Of a stretch of 64,000 nucleotides of DNA, positions 1 to 12,300 are shown one piece after another. Below the pieces are notes generated by a model. The model was not told the origin of the DNA and made no database searches. It saw nothing but the letters and a program-made list of their open reading frames with translations. The translations under genes and the position numbers were made by a program. The stretch comes from Marsupella aquatica. Lineage: Eukaryota > Plantae > Marchantiophyta. The stretch's first letter is position 1; each line of letters starts with the position of its first letter. Location: contig OZ316899.1 of NCBI GenBank assembly GCA_973895155.1, positions 6,513,241 to 6,577,240 on the forward strand. Reading direction: 5' to 3'.

Positions 1-692
1 TATGTAGGAGCTTCAAGTCCCAAAGCCGAGGAAAAGCAGCCCAAAGCTCCTGGTCGTGACAGGGAAAAGAAGATATCAACGTGGAAGCCGGAGGAACCAG
101 GACCCGTGATCTGTGAGGCCGTGTTCACAGCAAGACCAGGACAGCAGCGGGGGGAGCCGGTAGTCCAAGCCGAGGAGGAGGCGGTAGAAGGCTACGACAA
201 TGATGACTCCGGCTACGGGTCGGACCATCATGTTCCAGGAATAAGGACCTGTGGCAGGTTCATCCCCACGTACGCTTCCAAGAGTAGTTCGAGGGGACCC
301 GACCCAGCAGAGCAGCCCCGAGTCTCCCCCACCAAATGTTATTCCCCCGAGCTTTGACGGCATAAAACAAACGGCACAGGAATTTCAGGAACGACTCAGG
401 GAGGAAGAAGAGGACCCTAAACCCTAAACCCTGGCTAGGGAGAAAGATTTACCAGGAGAAGAATGGCCAGAGGACATCAGGTAGCTTGCAGAAAAACAAA
501 GCAGCCCTCCAGCCACGATAGAAGAAATCCGCAAGGCGGCTTGGGAACAAAGGCCGCGGTGGATGATGCCTATGACTTCTACTCACTCCACCTATGCTAA
601 AGAACAAGCCATGGAGTATGGGGAGATGTGTGGGGAACTTGCGCTCAGCATCTTTGGGGAGGAGTTGGAGCAGGGACCCTTTTTTCAGAGGG
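1..692 (+). repeat. Direct repeat, copy 1 (copy 2 at 4367-5053)
   Basis: tatgtaggagcttcaagtccc...ggagcagggaccctttttt occurs at both places with only scattered substitutions and small indels. Confidence 0.97.
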
Positions 693-2533
693 TTTCAGAC
701 TTTGAACCCACAGCAGAAAGAGTAACAGCTGTGGTGGAATTAAAGCAAAAGTTAGTGGAGGCCCCAGTCATGATAGCACCAGACTGGAACAAGGATTTTC
801 ATGTCTTCGTAGATGTCTCAGGCTTCTGTATCGGCTCAGTACTAAGTCGGTTAGATGAGAAAGGAAGGGACCATCCCATATACTTTGCAAGCCGCCAGCT
901 TGCCGATGCCAAACGGAACTACTCCACCACAGAAAGAGAAGCTTTAGGAGTCATTTATTCATGTAAAAAGTTTCGGCATTATTTGCTAGGGTACAAAGTA
1001 ATCTTTCATACTAATCATGAAAGCTTGAAGTACCTAGTAAATAACCCGGACCTTATAGGCAGGGTAGCAAGATGGATTTTGTTATTACAGGAATTTGACT
1101 ACGAGCAAAAATCAAGTCGGGAAAGCTACACGCCAATGCCGACTTCTTTTCAAGGATCACAGGTAAACCTGCCACAGATTGCATCGATGACGATTTCCCG
1201 ACGAAGAGCTATTTGTTGTGAAAATAGCTGATACATGAGATTTTGCAATTTCTCAGCACGTCCAGATTACAGCCAGGGCTAACCCGAGAACAAGCCGCAG
1301 TCTTTCTGCGGAAGGTCAAACAGCTAGTATCAGTACATTAAGGGTGTGCTACACAGGTATGGAATCAGTGGCACGATTCAAAGGTGTTTGGAGAAGGGAG
1401 AGGTAAACGAGTCTTACGGGCTATGCATGGGGAGGAGGCCGGGAGACATTTTGCTCCAGTAACCACGTCTAAAAAGATATTAAATGCCGGTTACTGGTGG
1501 CCCACCTTGCACAAAGATGTCTATCAGTTTATCAAACAATGCGATCCTTGTCAACGAGCGGGAGGACCAAGGGCGTCCACAAGACATCCTCTGCACCCTA
1601 TTCTACCTCTTGCACCATTTGAGAAGTGGGGTATTGATTTCATGGAACCTCTGAAACCATTGACCCATCCTCGAAGAAACAAGTACATAATCTTGGCCAC
1701 GGATTATGCAACTAAGTGGGTAGAGGCCAGGCCGACGACGAAGGATGATGCAATTACTACGGCTCGATTCATATATGAGCAGATCTTCACCAGGTATGGA
1801 GCACCCCTAGAATTAGTTAGTGATAGAGGAACCCATTTTCTGAATGATATAATTAGTCATTTAAATGAGAGTTAGACATAGACCTACTACTCCTTACCAC
1901 CCAAAGGCAAATGGGTTGACAAAATGAGCCAATGGGATTATAGGAAAAATATTAAACAAGACTGTAGCTCAGAACAAACTCGATTGGGATGATAAATTGT
2001 TTGCTGTTGTTTTGGCTTACAATTTAGCCTATAAATCCACTATCGGTCATACACCCTTTTTCTTAACCTTTGGGCAGGAAGCTCTGGTACCCATGCAACT
2101 TGAGATACCTACATTTCAAATTACAATTGAGGAAAGAGTCTCTGAGGAGGAAAGCTTAAAGGAGAGAGAATATAGATTAGAAGCTTTAGAAGAAGCAAGA
2201 ATGATTTCAGCCGAGAGAGTAGAATATAGACTGAATACCATGAAGTAGCAATATGATAAAAGATTGAAACCAGTTAGTATCCACACAGGAGATCTTGTAT
2301 TACTTTATGATAGTAGGTATAGTAGGTTCCCAGGTAAACTTTACACTCGCTGGTTAGGACCCTTCAGGGTAAACATTAAGTTCTCCAATGGCTCCGTGCA
2401 ATTGGCCAACATTACTGGAGAAATATACCCAGTTCGCATTCATTACTACCGCCTCAAGAAATACTATATGGACGAAGATGAAGTTGTTCGCGAGGACGCT
2501 TCAAAATTAAGTGGGGAGCTATGTGATGCCTAG
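693..2533 (+). pseudogene. pol: gypsy pol fragment: RNase H + integrase (frameshifts and stops)
   Basis: FHVFVDVSGFCIGSVL and FASRQL...NYSTTEREAL (RNase H); H..H..CDPC zinc finger, WGIDF and SDRGTHF (DDE core); WLGPF (GPY/F motif). Confidence 0.95.
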
Positions 2534-2633
2534 CCAGGAATCATTAGGCCAATTTAAATAGTAAAATCAGGAGTGTACCCTAGGAAACACCTTAGTATAG
2601 TAATAAAAACAGGGAAAATATAAACAATTAAGG

Positions 2634-5164
2634 GTGACTATGGAACCCGAGCCGAGGCCGAAAGTAAGGACGCCAAGGGAGGGAGCACGATTAGGGTTAG
2701 GGTGCGCTAAGTACCGGCGGCTATGGGTAACCAACGGGAAGGAAGACCAGCCAGGGGGGGTAAAGACCGATTGCAAGGAATGGTGGCTCATTTGCAAGCA
2801 CGAGCCAAGCGGACGACTACGGGAGGCCAACTACTGTTCGCTGCTCAGGCAAGCACTCGGGGTGGAAGCAGATACCGACAATCAACTCAAGAAGGGTATG
2901 AGCGACGTCAATCAAGCTGCTCATTTTTGGGGATGCCTGTTAGAACGGGCAATTGAGTACATTGGGACCTACGAGGACAAAAAATTGGAGAGAGCAGCTC
3001 AAGAACGGCAGGAGCTCGCTCGGCTGTGGGATCTGCAGAAGTTTGCCTTCTTAGGAGGAGAACTCATTACGGCTGAATTCTTGTGGACGCCTATTGCCGA
3101 CAAACTCGACGATCTTCTGTTTTGTGAGAACAGAATAGTCGGCATCCGGGAGGCCATCAACCGCTGCAACAACATACACTGGGAGTTGAAGGGTAGCACG
3201 GAGGGGTGGACGAAGGCAACCGTGCTAGGAGAAACATCCACGGCAGCCGCTATGAAGAGGAAAGGGAACAACAACGAAGAAGCCACCCTTGCAAAAAGAA
3301 CAAGGTCGGCGGCACCCAGGAAACCAACAGAGCAGGGAAGCAGGAGGCAGGCGGAAGCCAAAGAGGAGGAGGTCAACCCCATCAATGCCGTTCCAACAAG
3401 AGATGACACCTGGAAAGGCTGGGCGGCGACCCTCCCCAAGGAGGTGCAATTACACTTTGCACGAGAAGAGGATGCATGCTTTACGGCTATGCAGACTCGG
3501 AAATACCAGGGCTTCATGGCCGGATCCGGCTTGGAAGCCTTCGTAAAGTTACCATGGTTGAAGCCGAAGGTGTCGGATTCAAACTTACTAGAATTCATGG
3601 GATCATGGGAGCCAGAGACCAATTCCACAAGGGTGTATGGGAAGGATTTCTATCTCACTCCCCGGGTGATTGCCGAAGTGTTTGGCTTGCCGATGGGCAA
3701 TAAGACCAAAGTAAATACCAGGAAGACCTTGCTAGACAAGGAGTTCTGGTCGTTTCTAGGGCCATCAACAAAGAATGGTTTCTTCCGAAACACCTGCACA
3801 AACCCGCACATAGGAGAAATGATCGATTTCTTGCGGGTGACCATGCATTGCAACTTGTCAAGGGCAGAGATCGGCAAGGCACAGGTCTATTTGGCGGAGA
3901 GGCCAAACCCAAGCCGGGACTACAACGGGTACCTCCTCACCCAACTAAAGAAGATCTTGAAGGAGGAACAGCTGGTGATCGGCATGGGAAGCGTGTCCCG
4001 ACTTGGCTATCATATGCCGCTGTTGTGCCGGTATGCCCAAAGTCAAATATTTGCCGTGGTACTTCCCCTACAGGCAAGAGCACCAGAGGAGGTTCCGGAA
4101 CCAAGTCCGGCAACAGAGAAACCAACCCAGCCCAATGTCCTACAATCGAGCGGGTGTTTAGGCCGAGGAAGGAGGACTTGCCGATGCAGCAACCAGGCAT
4201 GCAGAATCTGCTGAAATTGCTGGAGAAGGAAAGGAGAACGGCAACGGCAATGGGACCGGTACATAATACTGCTCCCAAAATTGGCCTTAGCCAACTTACC
4301 AGGGAAAACCCCTTTACCGGGGTCAAGGAGAGAAGGAGGCCAGAACACAAGCCGGAAGTCCAAATGTATGTAGGAGCTTCAAGTCCCGAAGCCAAGGAAA
4401 AGTAGCCCAAAGCTCCTGGTTGCAACAGGGAGAAGAAGAGATCAACGTGGAAGTCGGAGGAACCAGGACCCATGATCTGTGAGGCCGTGTTCACGGCAAG
4501 ACCAGGACAGTAGCGGGGGAAGCCGGTAGTCCAAGCCAAGGAGGAGGCGGTAGAAGGCTACGACAATGATGACTTCGGCTATGGGTCGGACCATCATGTT
4601 CCAGGAATAAGAACCTGTGGCAGGTTCATCCCCATGCTTCCAAGAGTAGTTTGAGGGGACCCGACCCAGCAGAGCAGCCCCGAGTCTCCCCCACCAGATG
4701 TTGCTCCCCCAAGCTTTGACGACATAAAATAGATGGCACAGGAATTTCAGGAACGACTCAGGGAGGAAGAAGAGGACCCTAAACCCTAAACCCTGGCTAG
4801 GGAGAAAGATTTAACAGGAGGAGAATGGCCAGAGGACATCAGGTAGCTTGCAGAAAAACAAAGCAGCCCTCCAGCCACGATAGAAGAAATCCGCAAGGCG
4901 GCTTGGGAACAAAGGCCGCGGTGGATGATGCCGATGACTTCTACTCACCCCGCCTATGCTAAAGAACGAGCCATGGAGTATGGGGAGATGTGTGGGGAAC
5001 TTGCGCTCAACATCTTTGGGGAGGAGTTGGAGCAGGGACCCTTTTTTTAGAGGGAAATGTTGGAGAAGCGCCGATTAGAAGAAGCGGTGGCTTTGGAGAG
5101 AAGCAAGAAGGACGAGGTCATCCGTCGGCTTAGGGCAAGGGAAGCCGAGGTAGAAGACCTGAAG
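2634..5164 (+). pseudogene. Extra sense ORF downstream of pol (env-like / plant transposon protein type), frameshifted after ~4140, coiled-coil tail
   Basis: 526-aa ORF with LLEF...RVYGKDFYLTPRVIAEVFGLP, resembling Athila-type 3' ORFs; continues in ORFs 3848-4405 and 5057- until cut by the CACTA terminus. Confidence 0.6.
4367..5053 (+). repeat. Direct repeat, copy 2
   Basis: near-identical to 1-692. Confidence 0.97.
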
Positions 5165-5660
5165 CACTACAACATATGTGACACTTTTGCGAAGGTATTT
5201 TTGTCGACGCTCTTGTATTTCCGATGGGCGGCGCTTGGCATAATTTGTGAATCAACCCGCATCGCAATTTGCGATTCTATCCCTATCGCAAAGATAATAC
5301 TTGAAGCGCATTATATCGCTAATATGTTGCGAAGTAAATGATTATGCAAGTTTTACCGAAATGCGCCGAATGGAAAGGTGCCTTCTGAAGACGCCAAAAT
5401 CGCTCGCCGACTCCAAAACTAACTGATGTAAATATTTGCGAAGAAGGTTGGATTGAAATGTTTTTGCGATAGTAGTTGTTTGACAAGTTTAAGAATGTCA
5501 AAGGATGGAAGATTTGCGAAACGGTGAGAATATGGAATTTGTGATTGATTTTGCATCACAAGGTTGCAAATAGTATAGTATGGAAATATTGAGAAACGAG
5601 AAGCTTCATATAAATTGCGAGTCCGGTGAGATTTTGTTAGCTTCGCAAATTGTTCGCAAA
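5165..5660. repeat. CACTA-1 terminus and subterminal repeat field (TTGCGA/TCGCAA)
   Basis: CACTA followed by many short motif copies in both orientations. Confidence 0.85.
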
Positions 5661-5689
5661 CTAAAAATTAAGATTATTGTGAGGTGAGA

Positions 5690-5900
5690 CAATGAAGAGG
5701 GTGGATTGTCCAATATATGGATGGGGCAGGAGGGAAGAGGAAGGGAGGATGGAGGGAGGTACAATGAAGGATGGAAAAGGGAGGGAGTACAATGGAAGAG
5801 GAAGGAGGGAGGAGAAAGAGGAAGGGAGGAGGAGGGACAGACGTACCACGGAGGAGGGAAACACGAGGGTGACAATGAAAATTATGGAATAAGTAGGAAA
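5690..5900. repeat. Purine-rich (GA) low-complexity tract
   Basis: gggaagaggaagggaggatggagggagg-type runs. Confidence 0.8.
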
Positions 5901-6128
5901 TAAAGTTATATTGAACAACAGAGGTTAGATAGAAAGTTGCATGTAAAATTCACAAGTGATCACAATAATAAAACAATACAATACATATGTCATGAGTATG
6001 ACTCATTCAAAAATGAATGGCAAATATAAATATAGACAATACTTTTTTTTATATCACCAAACATGAACAAATCAAATATAACATGAACAAATGTCTAGGC
6101 TGGACCCAAGTGCATATAAATATGTCCC

Positions 6129-9100
6129 TCACACTTGGTCCTCATCGGCCTCAAGGTCATCTAGGTCTGATACAATAACATCTGGTTTCTCGGAAACAAT
6201 GGAACAAGAACGTGGCACATAGGTGATGACAATTGACCACTCGGTGTCTAAGGGGTATGGAATGTAGAAAACATTGCTCCAAGTGTGATGGGAAAGCAAA
6301 TGGTTATGATGTTTGCCAATGAGATGCTTGAACACTAGTGGCACTTGTCTTCAACCGTGTAAACCCACTCTCATCTTGAAGTACAGTGCAATTTTGACCA
6401 ACAAGGTTCACTTTGAACCACTTGCAGTTGAAGACATATTAGTCAAACTTTGAATGGTTGTCATATGATACCACCAAGATCTCCTCTATCTTCCCATAGT
6501 GTGGCACAACATCTCTAACAATGTTCCTGTCATGGCGGCTGCTTCTGGAGTCTTGAGAAAATTCCCCTTGAACTCCACAATCAAAAGTACGACCCCTCTT
6601 CTCATCAAGGGAAGAAACCCTGAAATTAACAAAACCCACAAATTTTTATTACACAAAAGATACCATTAATGTAATAATCATCAAAATATGATACCCATCC
6701 CTAAATAGCCAAAACCCACATGGCCTATGGCATAAATATAGAAGCCAACATTATAGTTATGGATGTCATTAATGATAATAGAAAGTTTTTAAACAATAGT
6801 AATAACTAATCAAAATAAGGTCTACATGAATTAATAGAGGAAGAAAGATTAGGTACTAGTGGACCTGAAGTGTCTCCCTTGTGTCCACATAGCTGTCTTG
6901 GATGTCACCACTCTCAAAGGGTCATGAACAATGGTCTGAACGTCATCTGTGATGGTAGGAAAGTGGGACACATCTCCTCCTTGTGTCACCATGTCATCCA
7001 ACTCAAGCAACTTTTGCTTCATATACTCATGCATCTTAGGAAAAATTCTTGCTCTTTGACTTGTTCTCTTGGCATTCTCATAAAACTCTGTTCATTTCTC
7101 CATGATATTACTATTACTCAACATAAATGTTGTCAACTGTGACCACTCTGTTGATGTCAACATGCGTGTTTTTGTGGCACCTGTTAAACGGTCCTCCTCC
7201 TCTTCTTTTTCCTCCATTCAAGTACGTGGACAAGTAGGATCAATGGTGGCCAAGATGTTACTACAATAAAACATACTCTCTGTTGCCAAGTATCCTGTAG
7301 CTATGCTTTCCTCCACCCGTGCACGGTTACGTACATAAGCCTTCAACACCGCCATGTAACGCTCAAGCCAATACATCCATCTACAATGCACTGGACCAAC
7401 AATGGCAACCTCCCGCACAAGATGCACAAGTAAATGAACCTGACAATCAAAGAAGGAAGGAGGAAGGGCTTTCTCCAACTTGCATACCACCTCAGCTGCC
7501 AATACCTCCATCCTAGGGATCTCTTCTACGTATATCTCCTTTGAGCATATCCATCTCAACAAACGACCCAATGACCAGATGGCATCTTGCACTTCTTCAC
7601 TCCCTATACCTATAATTGCCACCGGTAATATATGTTGCAATAGGCGATGATAGTCATGTGTCTTCAGATATCGTGGCCACTTGTGATTGTCCTCCATCCC
7701 AAAAGCTTTCCGAAGGTTGGCACCATAGCCTGTAGGAAACCGCATCTCTCCTATACGGTTCCAAAATTCACGTCTTTGGCCAACACTCAACACCCAAGGA
7801 GCAGAAGGACGATTCTCCACACCTATGATAGGATCAGTTGTCACCCCAACATCTGGATGCATTTCCATCTCCTCGCATGCCTCCCTAAAATTAGTGTCCT
7901 TCTCCCCATAAAAATGCTTTATCAAAGCCTTCCCCACATTTCCCTCTATGTGCATGGGGTCTAAGAGATGACGGATCTTCAACTCAGACCAATAGGGCAA
8001 AGTGGCTAGTATACTCCACCTGGTCAAACCTGTCCTATCAAAGGTGAAGGAATCATTTGGGTCTACCACCCTATCAGCTAGTGGCTTCCAATTTGCAAAA
8101 CTTATTGCATCAGGAATTTCACGCTCATCACCAAATGGCATGTCAAAGGAGGAGAATAGAAGTGGGTCAAACCTCATCTCATGTCCCATGGGAAGAAACT
8201 TTGTATGCCCAATATAAACAATCTTTCTAATCCATGAACAATATGTGGCCATGTCCTCTAAGCTTGGGCCACAAGTAGAGCAAGCTTTGTACCCCTGAGT
8301 TTGCAATCCAGAGACAAAACCACACCCTGCTTACATAGAAGAAATCAAACCATGCAAACTTTATGTTAGGGTTGTCACATGAGAAACAACAATAGGAACT
8401 ACACATTATCAAAGGGTTGCAAATGGCATGGAAGTCATCTTACCAGGAGAGTCATGCATTGTCCAACAAATGATCCCTCTCAATTGAAAGACACGTGGAA
8501 AACCTCCTGTAATTTTCCTGCCATCATATGCCCACACTCCATCCCATAATTTTTGAAGTTCTCCAACCAATAGTGCCAAGTAAGTGTCAAAGTTCTTCAC
8601 CTTTTTTGGACATGGGATAATCAAAGACAATAAAAGGAACCCCTTCTTCATGGATAGCCATGGTGGGAGGTTATAATTCATGACAACCACAGGCCAAACT
8701 GATGTAGGTTGCCCCTTTCCTCCAAGTGAATGAGGGCTAACTCCATCAGATGCCAATCCTAGCCTCACATGGCGAGGATCATGTGCAAAGTCTGGCCATG
8801 TTGCCTCAATATGTTTGTGAGCAAGGGAGTCAACTGGCAACCGCATGACACCAGACTCTGATCGATGAGTCTTATGCCATACCATCAACTCTGCCAAGTC
8901 AGAACACCAATACATGTGCAACAACCGAGGAATGATGGGAAACCAACAAACAGCCTTCCTTGGCACCTTCTTTGTTAGCATGTTGGGGTCATAGCGAGGC
9001 TCATCACATGTTGTACATTGTGTCATTGGCCCCATGAAATAACATGCAATCATTCACACATGCATGAACAATATGATATTCCATGCCAATAGATGAGAGA

Positions 9101-9605
9101 ACACTCTTTGCCTCCTTCCAAGTTGTTGGCAACACATTCTCAGTGGGTAACATAAGGTCATGGCAAAGTGCAAACATATCAGATAACAAGGCATTGCTTG
9201 CCTTGTGTTTGGCCTGTAAGTTCATCAATCCCAAGATGGCTGAAAGACGACTCAAACGAGCACCCTCATAGGTGTTTGGGCATGTTCCTCTGCTTCTTCC
9301 CATTGGCGTTGTCCCTCAGGGGTATTTTTTGGGCGTGGATCATTGGGAGGCACCTGCCCTTCATTGGGAAGGTCATCATCGGGGTTGTCGGCACCAAACC
9401 AATCAACCATAAAGTCATCCATGGCTCTATCCTGGTCATCAGTTACTTGTTCATCCGTCCCAGGTACCTCTTCATCAGGGTTACTGCTTCCACTAGCACT
9501 TGATGAGGAGCGTGACTCTAATCCATGTCCTTCTTCTGGCATACCCATTTCTCGATATGTTGCTCTCAATCTCCGTGGTAACATATTTGGAGAGGGTCGC
9601 ACATT
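6129..9605 (-). pseudogene. CACTA Tnp2/TnpD-type transposase (Transposase_21, DUF4218, DUF4216 regions), multi-exon, frameshifted
   Basis: HACVNDC, VRLGLASDG, WPVVVMNYNLPPW, HLLDPMHIEGNV, LKTHDYH, FFDCQVHLLVHL, RWMYWLERYM; GT-AG intron 8443-8327. Confidence 0.95.
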
Positions 9606-9781
9606 CTAAAAACAAAGCAAGCAATTGAAAGTTATACTGCAAAGAGAACACACACAAAAATGGGCTAGGGGTGTGCAAAAATGAAATAATATTGGTTGTG
9701 GTGCAAATACAAAACATGGCCAAAGGCCATATGTAGTGTCATTTGATATGCAACATACCACCTATGACCCTTAACTTAACC

Positions 9782-10597
9782 CTAATCCCACTCATAGTGA
9801 GTAAATAACTCATCCCCTGAGTTAATGGTCCTCATCGCTACAACTAGGCAATGGTCATGATGATATGTCTAGCCATAAGGTGCTGGCGGAGGACCCTCAA
9901 TGAAAACCCACTCACAATTTTGCCTACGCTTAGGGCGAGTCCCCACAGTACTTTTTATGAAACCAGCAATATTCCCAGTCCGTATGGGGTCCCCATCTAT
10001 GACACGCTGCTCACTATACCTTCTAGTGTTTCCATCAGAGGTATCCATGTCCAATGCATAAGTCTTCCACTCAGGGTGTTGTGCAAGGATCATGTTCCAA
10101 TGTCTTCTCTTGTAGATGGGTCCACCATAAGGAAACAAAGTAGGCCCCTCTCGGCCGCGTCCACCTCTACCACTCTCGGCGTCCACAATGATGTCCTCAC
10201 AGGCAAAAACTCCATAGCCATGTCTATCCCCAAGTGTGGAAGGTTTGATAACCCAACGTCTACCCCAAACCTCTACCTCCTCACCATAGGAAAGCTGTTG
10301 TGGCAAACCAAGAGTCTCAAAATCCCAGTCCTTGATGATAGGGACACATCTGCTAGTGAACTCACAATCACCCCACCTACCCATAACCACTGCCTTGTAC
10401 AAATCAGTATCCCCTCGGGCCCGCCTCTTGGAACGCTTTCTCCCTCTTGGGACAATAGCCTCAACCCCAACTTCCCTAGGACTGGTGGGCCTTGCCGCTA
10501 GACCCAAGGCTTGTGAGAATGCATTGCCTATAGCATCTAGAACACCTTGTGATGGGACATAGGGTGCTTGTGCCGCAGGTCTAGGCCTATTGGATAC
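9782..10597 (-). pseudogene. SET-domain exon (lysine methyltransferase-like) inside CACTA-1; one premature TAG at 9869-9871
   Basis: IKPSTLGDRHGYGVFACEDI, FPYGG, IDG..GNIAGFIKS, NCEW, then in frame past the stop DHCLVVAMRTINSGDELFTHYEWD*; AG acceptor at 10599-10598. Confidence 0.85.
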
Positions 10598-10700
10598 CTA
10601 TTCCACCAAAACCAAAACAAACAAAAGTAGGTGTGAAATTAAAAACCTTCAACCATTGAGTAATGGGAATAGGGTAGGAAAACTAAGGCATAACACTTAC

Positions 10701-10934
10701 CATATGAGATGAAGAAGCCCCTGCCATATTACGTCCACAATGCCCATATCTCTCAATATGTTGGGCACATATGTAAGATTTTTGGGAAACCTGACCCACA
10801 CATCTGGAACATTCACAAAGTTGACGCGGTGGACCACAAGGAGGAGGTGCGGTCGTGTGATGTTGAGGTGGAGGTGGTGTATCTTCATCAGAGGACGACG
10901 AGTCTGTGGTGGAGATTTCAGAAGATGAAGACAT
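10701..10934 (-). CDS. First coding exon: Ser/acidic and poly-Pro stretch plus transposase-associated Zn motif
   Basis: CECSRC...CAQHIERYG; ends ATG|GTAAGT (phase-0 donor). Confidence 0.75.
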
Positions 10935-12300
10935 ATCCCCTGTAACAAGATATAATTAAAATGGGCATGTTATGACCAAAACATACCACAAAATGATATA
11001 AATCAAAGTTCCCAAATAATGATGACAAGAAACCCAAACCAAAATGACCATAGCAATAAAAAAAGGTACCTTTATGAGACCCGGGCTCAGCAGTGCCAAT
11101 AGGTCTTGTGGCTCTAAGATAATTAATGAACCCAATCTGAAAGTATGAGGGAAAAGCTGCAAGCATTCCATGTATATGTAAGCACAATAATCTGGACAAG
11201 ACAAGAACAAAAAACCCTATATACTGTCCCCTTTATACATAGTGGCAACCAAAAGTGTTAAGTACATGAAATGAACACTTGAGCCGGTCATGCAATGTTT
11301 ACCTTTCAGATGCCTGGGCTCTCACAATGCATATGCATTAGTATCAAATCATCAAAAAGTGCCGCACCCTGCAAGCTATCATATATTCCCCTCCTTTGTT
11401 AGCAAAACCCATGCCAATCCCTTTTTGATTCATAAACCCAATGAACCTCTCTTAAACCCAAAAGGCTGCAATATAAATCTCATGAAACCTTGCTTTGTCT
11501 TATCCAAACCTTCAACCCCAAACCGCATCCTACCTATTAAACCTAAATCTGACTTACACATAAAACCAAACATTTCTTCAACCCTAGAGACCTTTCTATT
11601 TAAAAACCCCAAACCCTAAAACCCTAAACCCAAACCTTACTTATTTCTTGTAAACCAAATCCCGCACCTTTATTATTTCTTCTAAACTAATGTAAACCCA
11701 AACCTTAGCCTAAACCAACACCATACATAACCCATTAACCTGAAATCTGCCTAACCCTTCAAACCCACCTTCAAGTATGATTGAGTTGAAACCCTGAAAC
11801 CCTAAACCCTAACACCCAAAACATGGCCAAAAAGCATTCCAAATATGAGTATAGAGGGGTCCATGGCCAAAAAGCATTCCAAATATGAGTATAGAGGAGT
11901 CCACTTTACCTTTGAAAAAAACCCTTTCAAATGAAACCAACATTCCCCCCAAGACAAGTTGCCAATGTCTTGCGAAGCCACTTCCTTCGCAAATACCATC
12001 ACAAATTAGAATTGAGTTTTGCAAAGCGTATGCTTTCGCACGACCTTCAGAAAAACAGAGCCCAAGAGCATTTCTGCGAGAGAGCAAAGGTGTTGCAAAA
12101 CCTTTCACGTCGCAATGGTTTCGCAAAATTGAGAAACTACATGCGAAACAAGAAGGATCGCAAATTGCGAAACAGGTTGCTTCGCAAGTCTTTCCCGCTT
12201 GTACTTTAGCACTCGGCCGCGGCGTACTCAGCGGCATTTGACAAATTTCAAGCGTAGGGAGGGAGAAGGGAGCTCGCGCGCGCTCGGAGGTGGCTTAGCT

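Larger units (their letters stand above)
1..5164 (+). mobile_element. Ty3/gypsy LTR retrotransposon internal region (Athila/Tat-like), degenerate, partly tandem-duplicated, interrupted at 5165 by CACTA-1
   Basis: RNase H then integrase order, followed by an extra 3' ORF; no LTR of this element visible in the window. Confidence 0.85.

Noticed and set aside
413-432. Telomere or interstitial telomeric array (also ~4776-4793)
   Set aside because: Only about 2.5 CCCTAAA units inside a retroelement ORF
563-1231. 222-aa ORF as a genuine protein
   Set aside because: Chimera across the duplication junction at 692/693
5606-5918. Pro/Ser- or Gly/Arg/Glu-rich ORFs
   Set aside because: Low-complexity GA tract
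9851-10501. 216-aa plus-strand ORF (and similar antisense ORFs throughout)
   Set aside because: Shadow of the opposite-strand coding frame; no motifs
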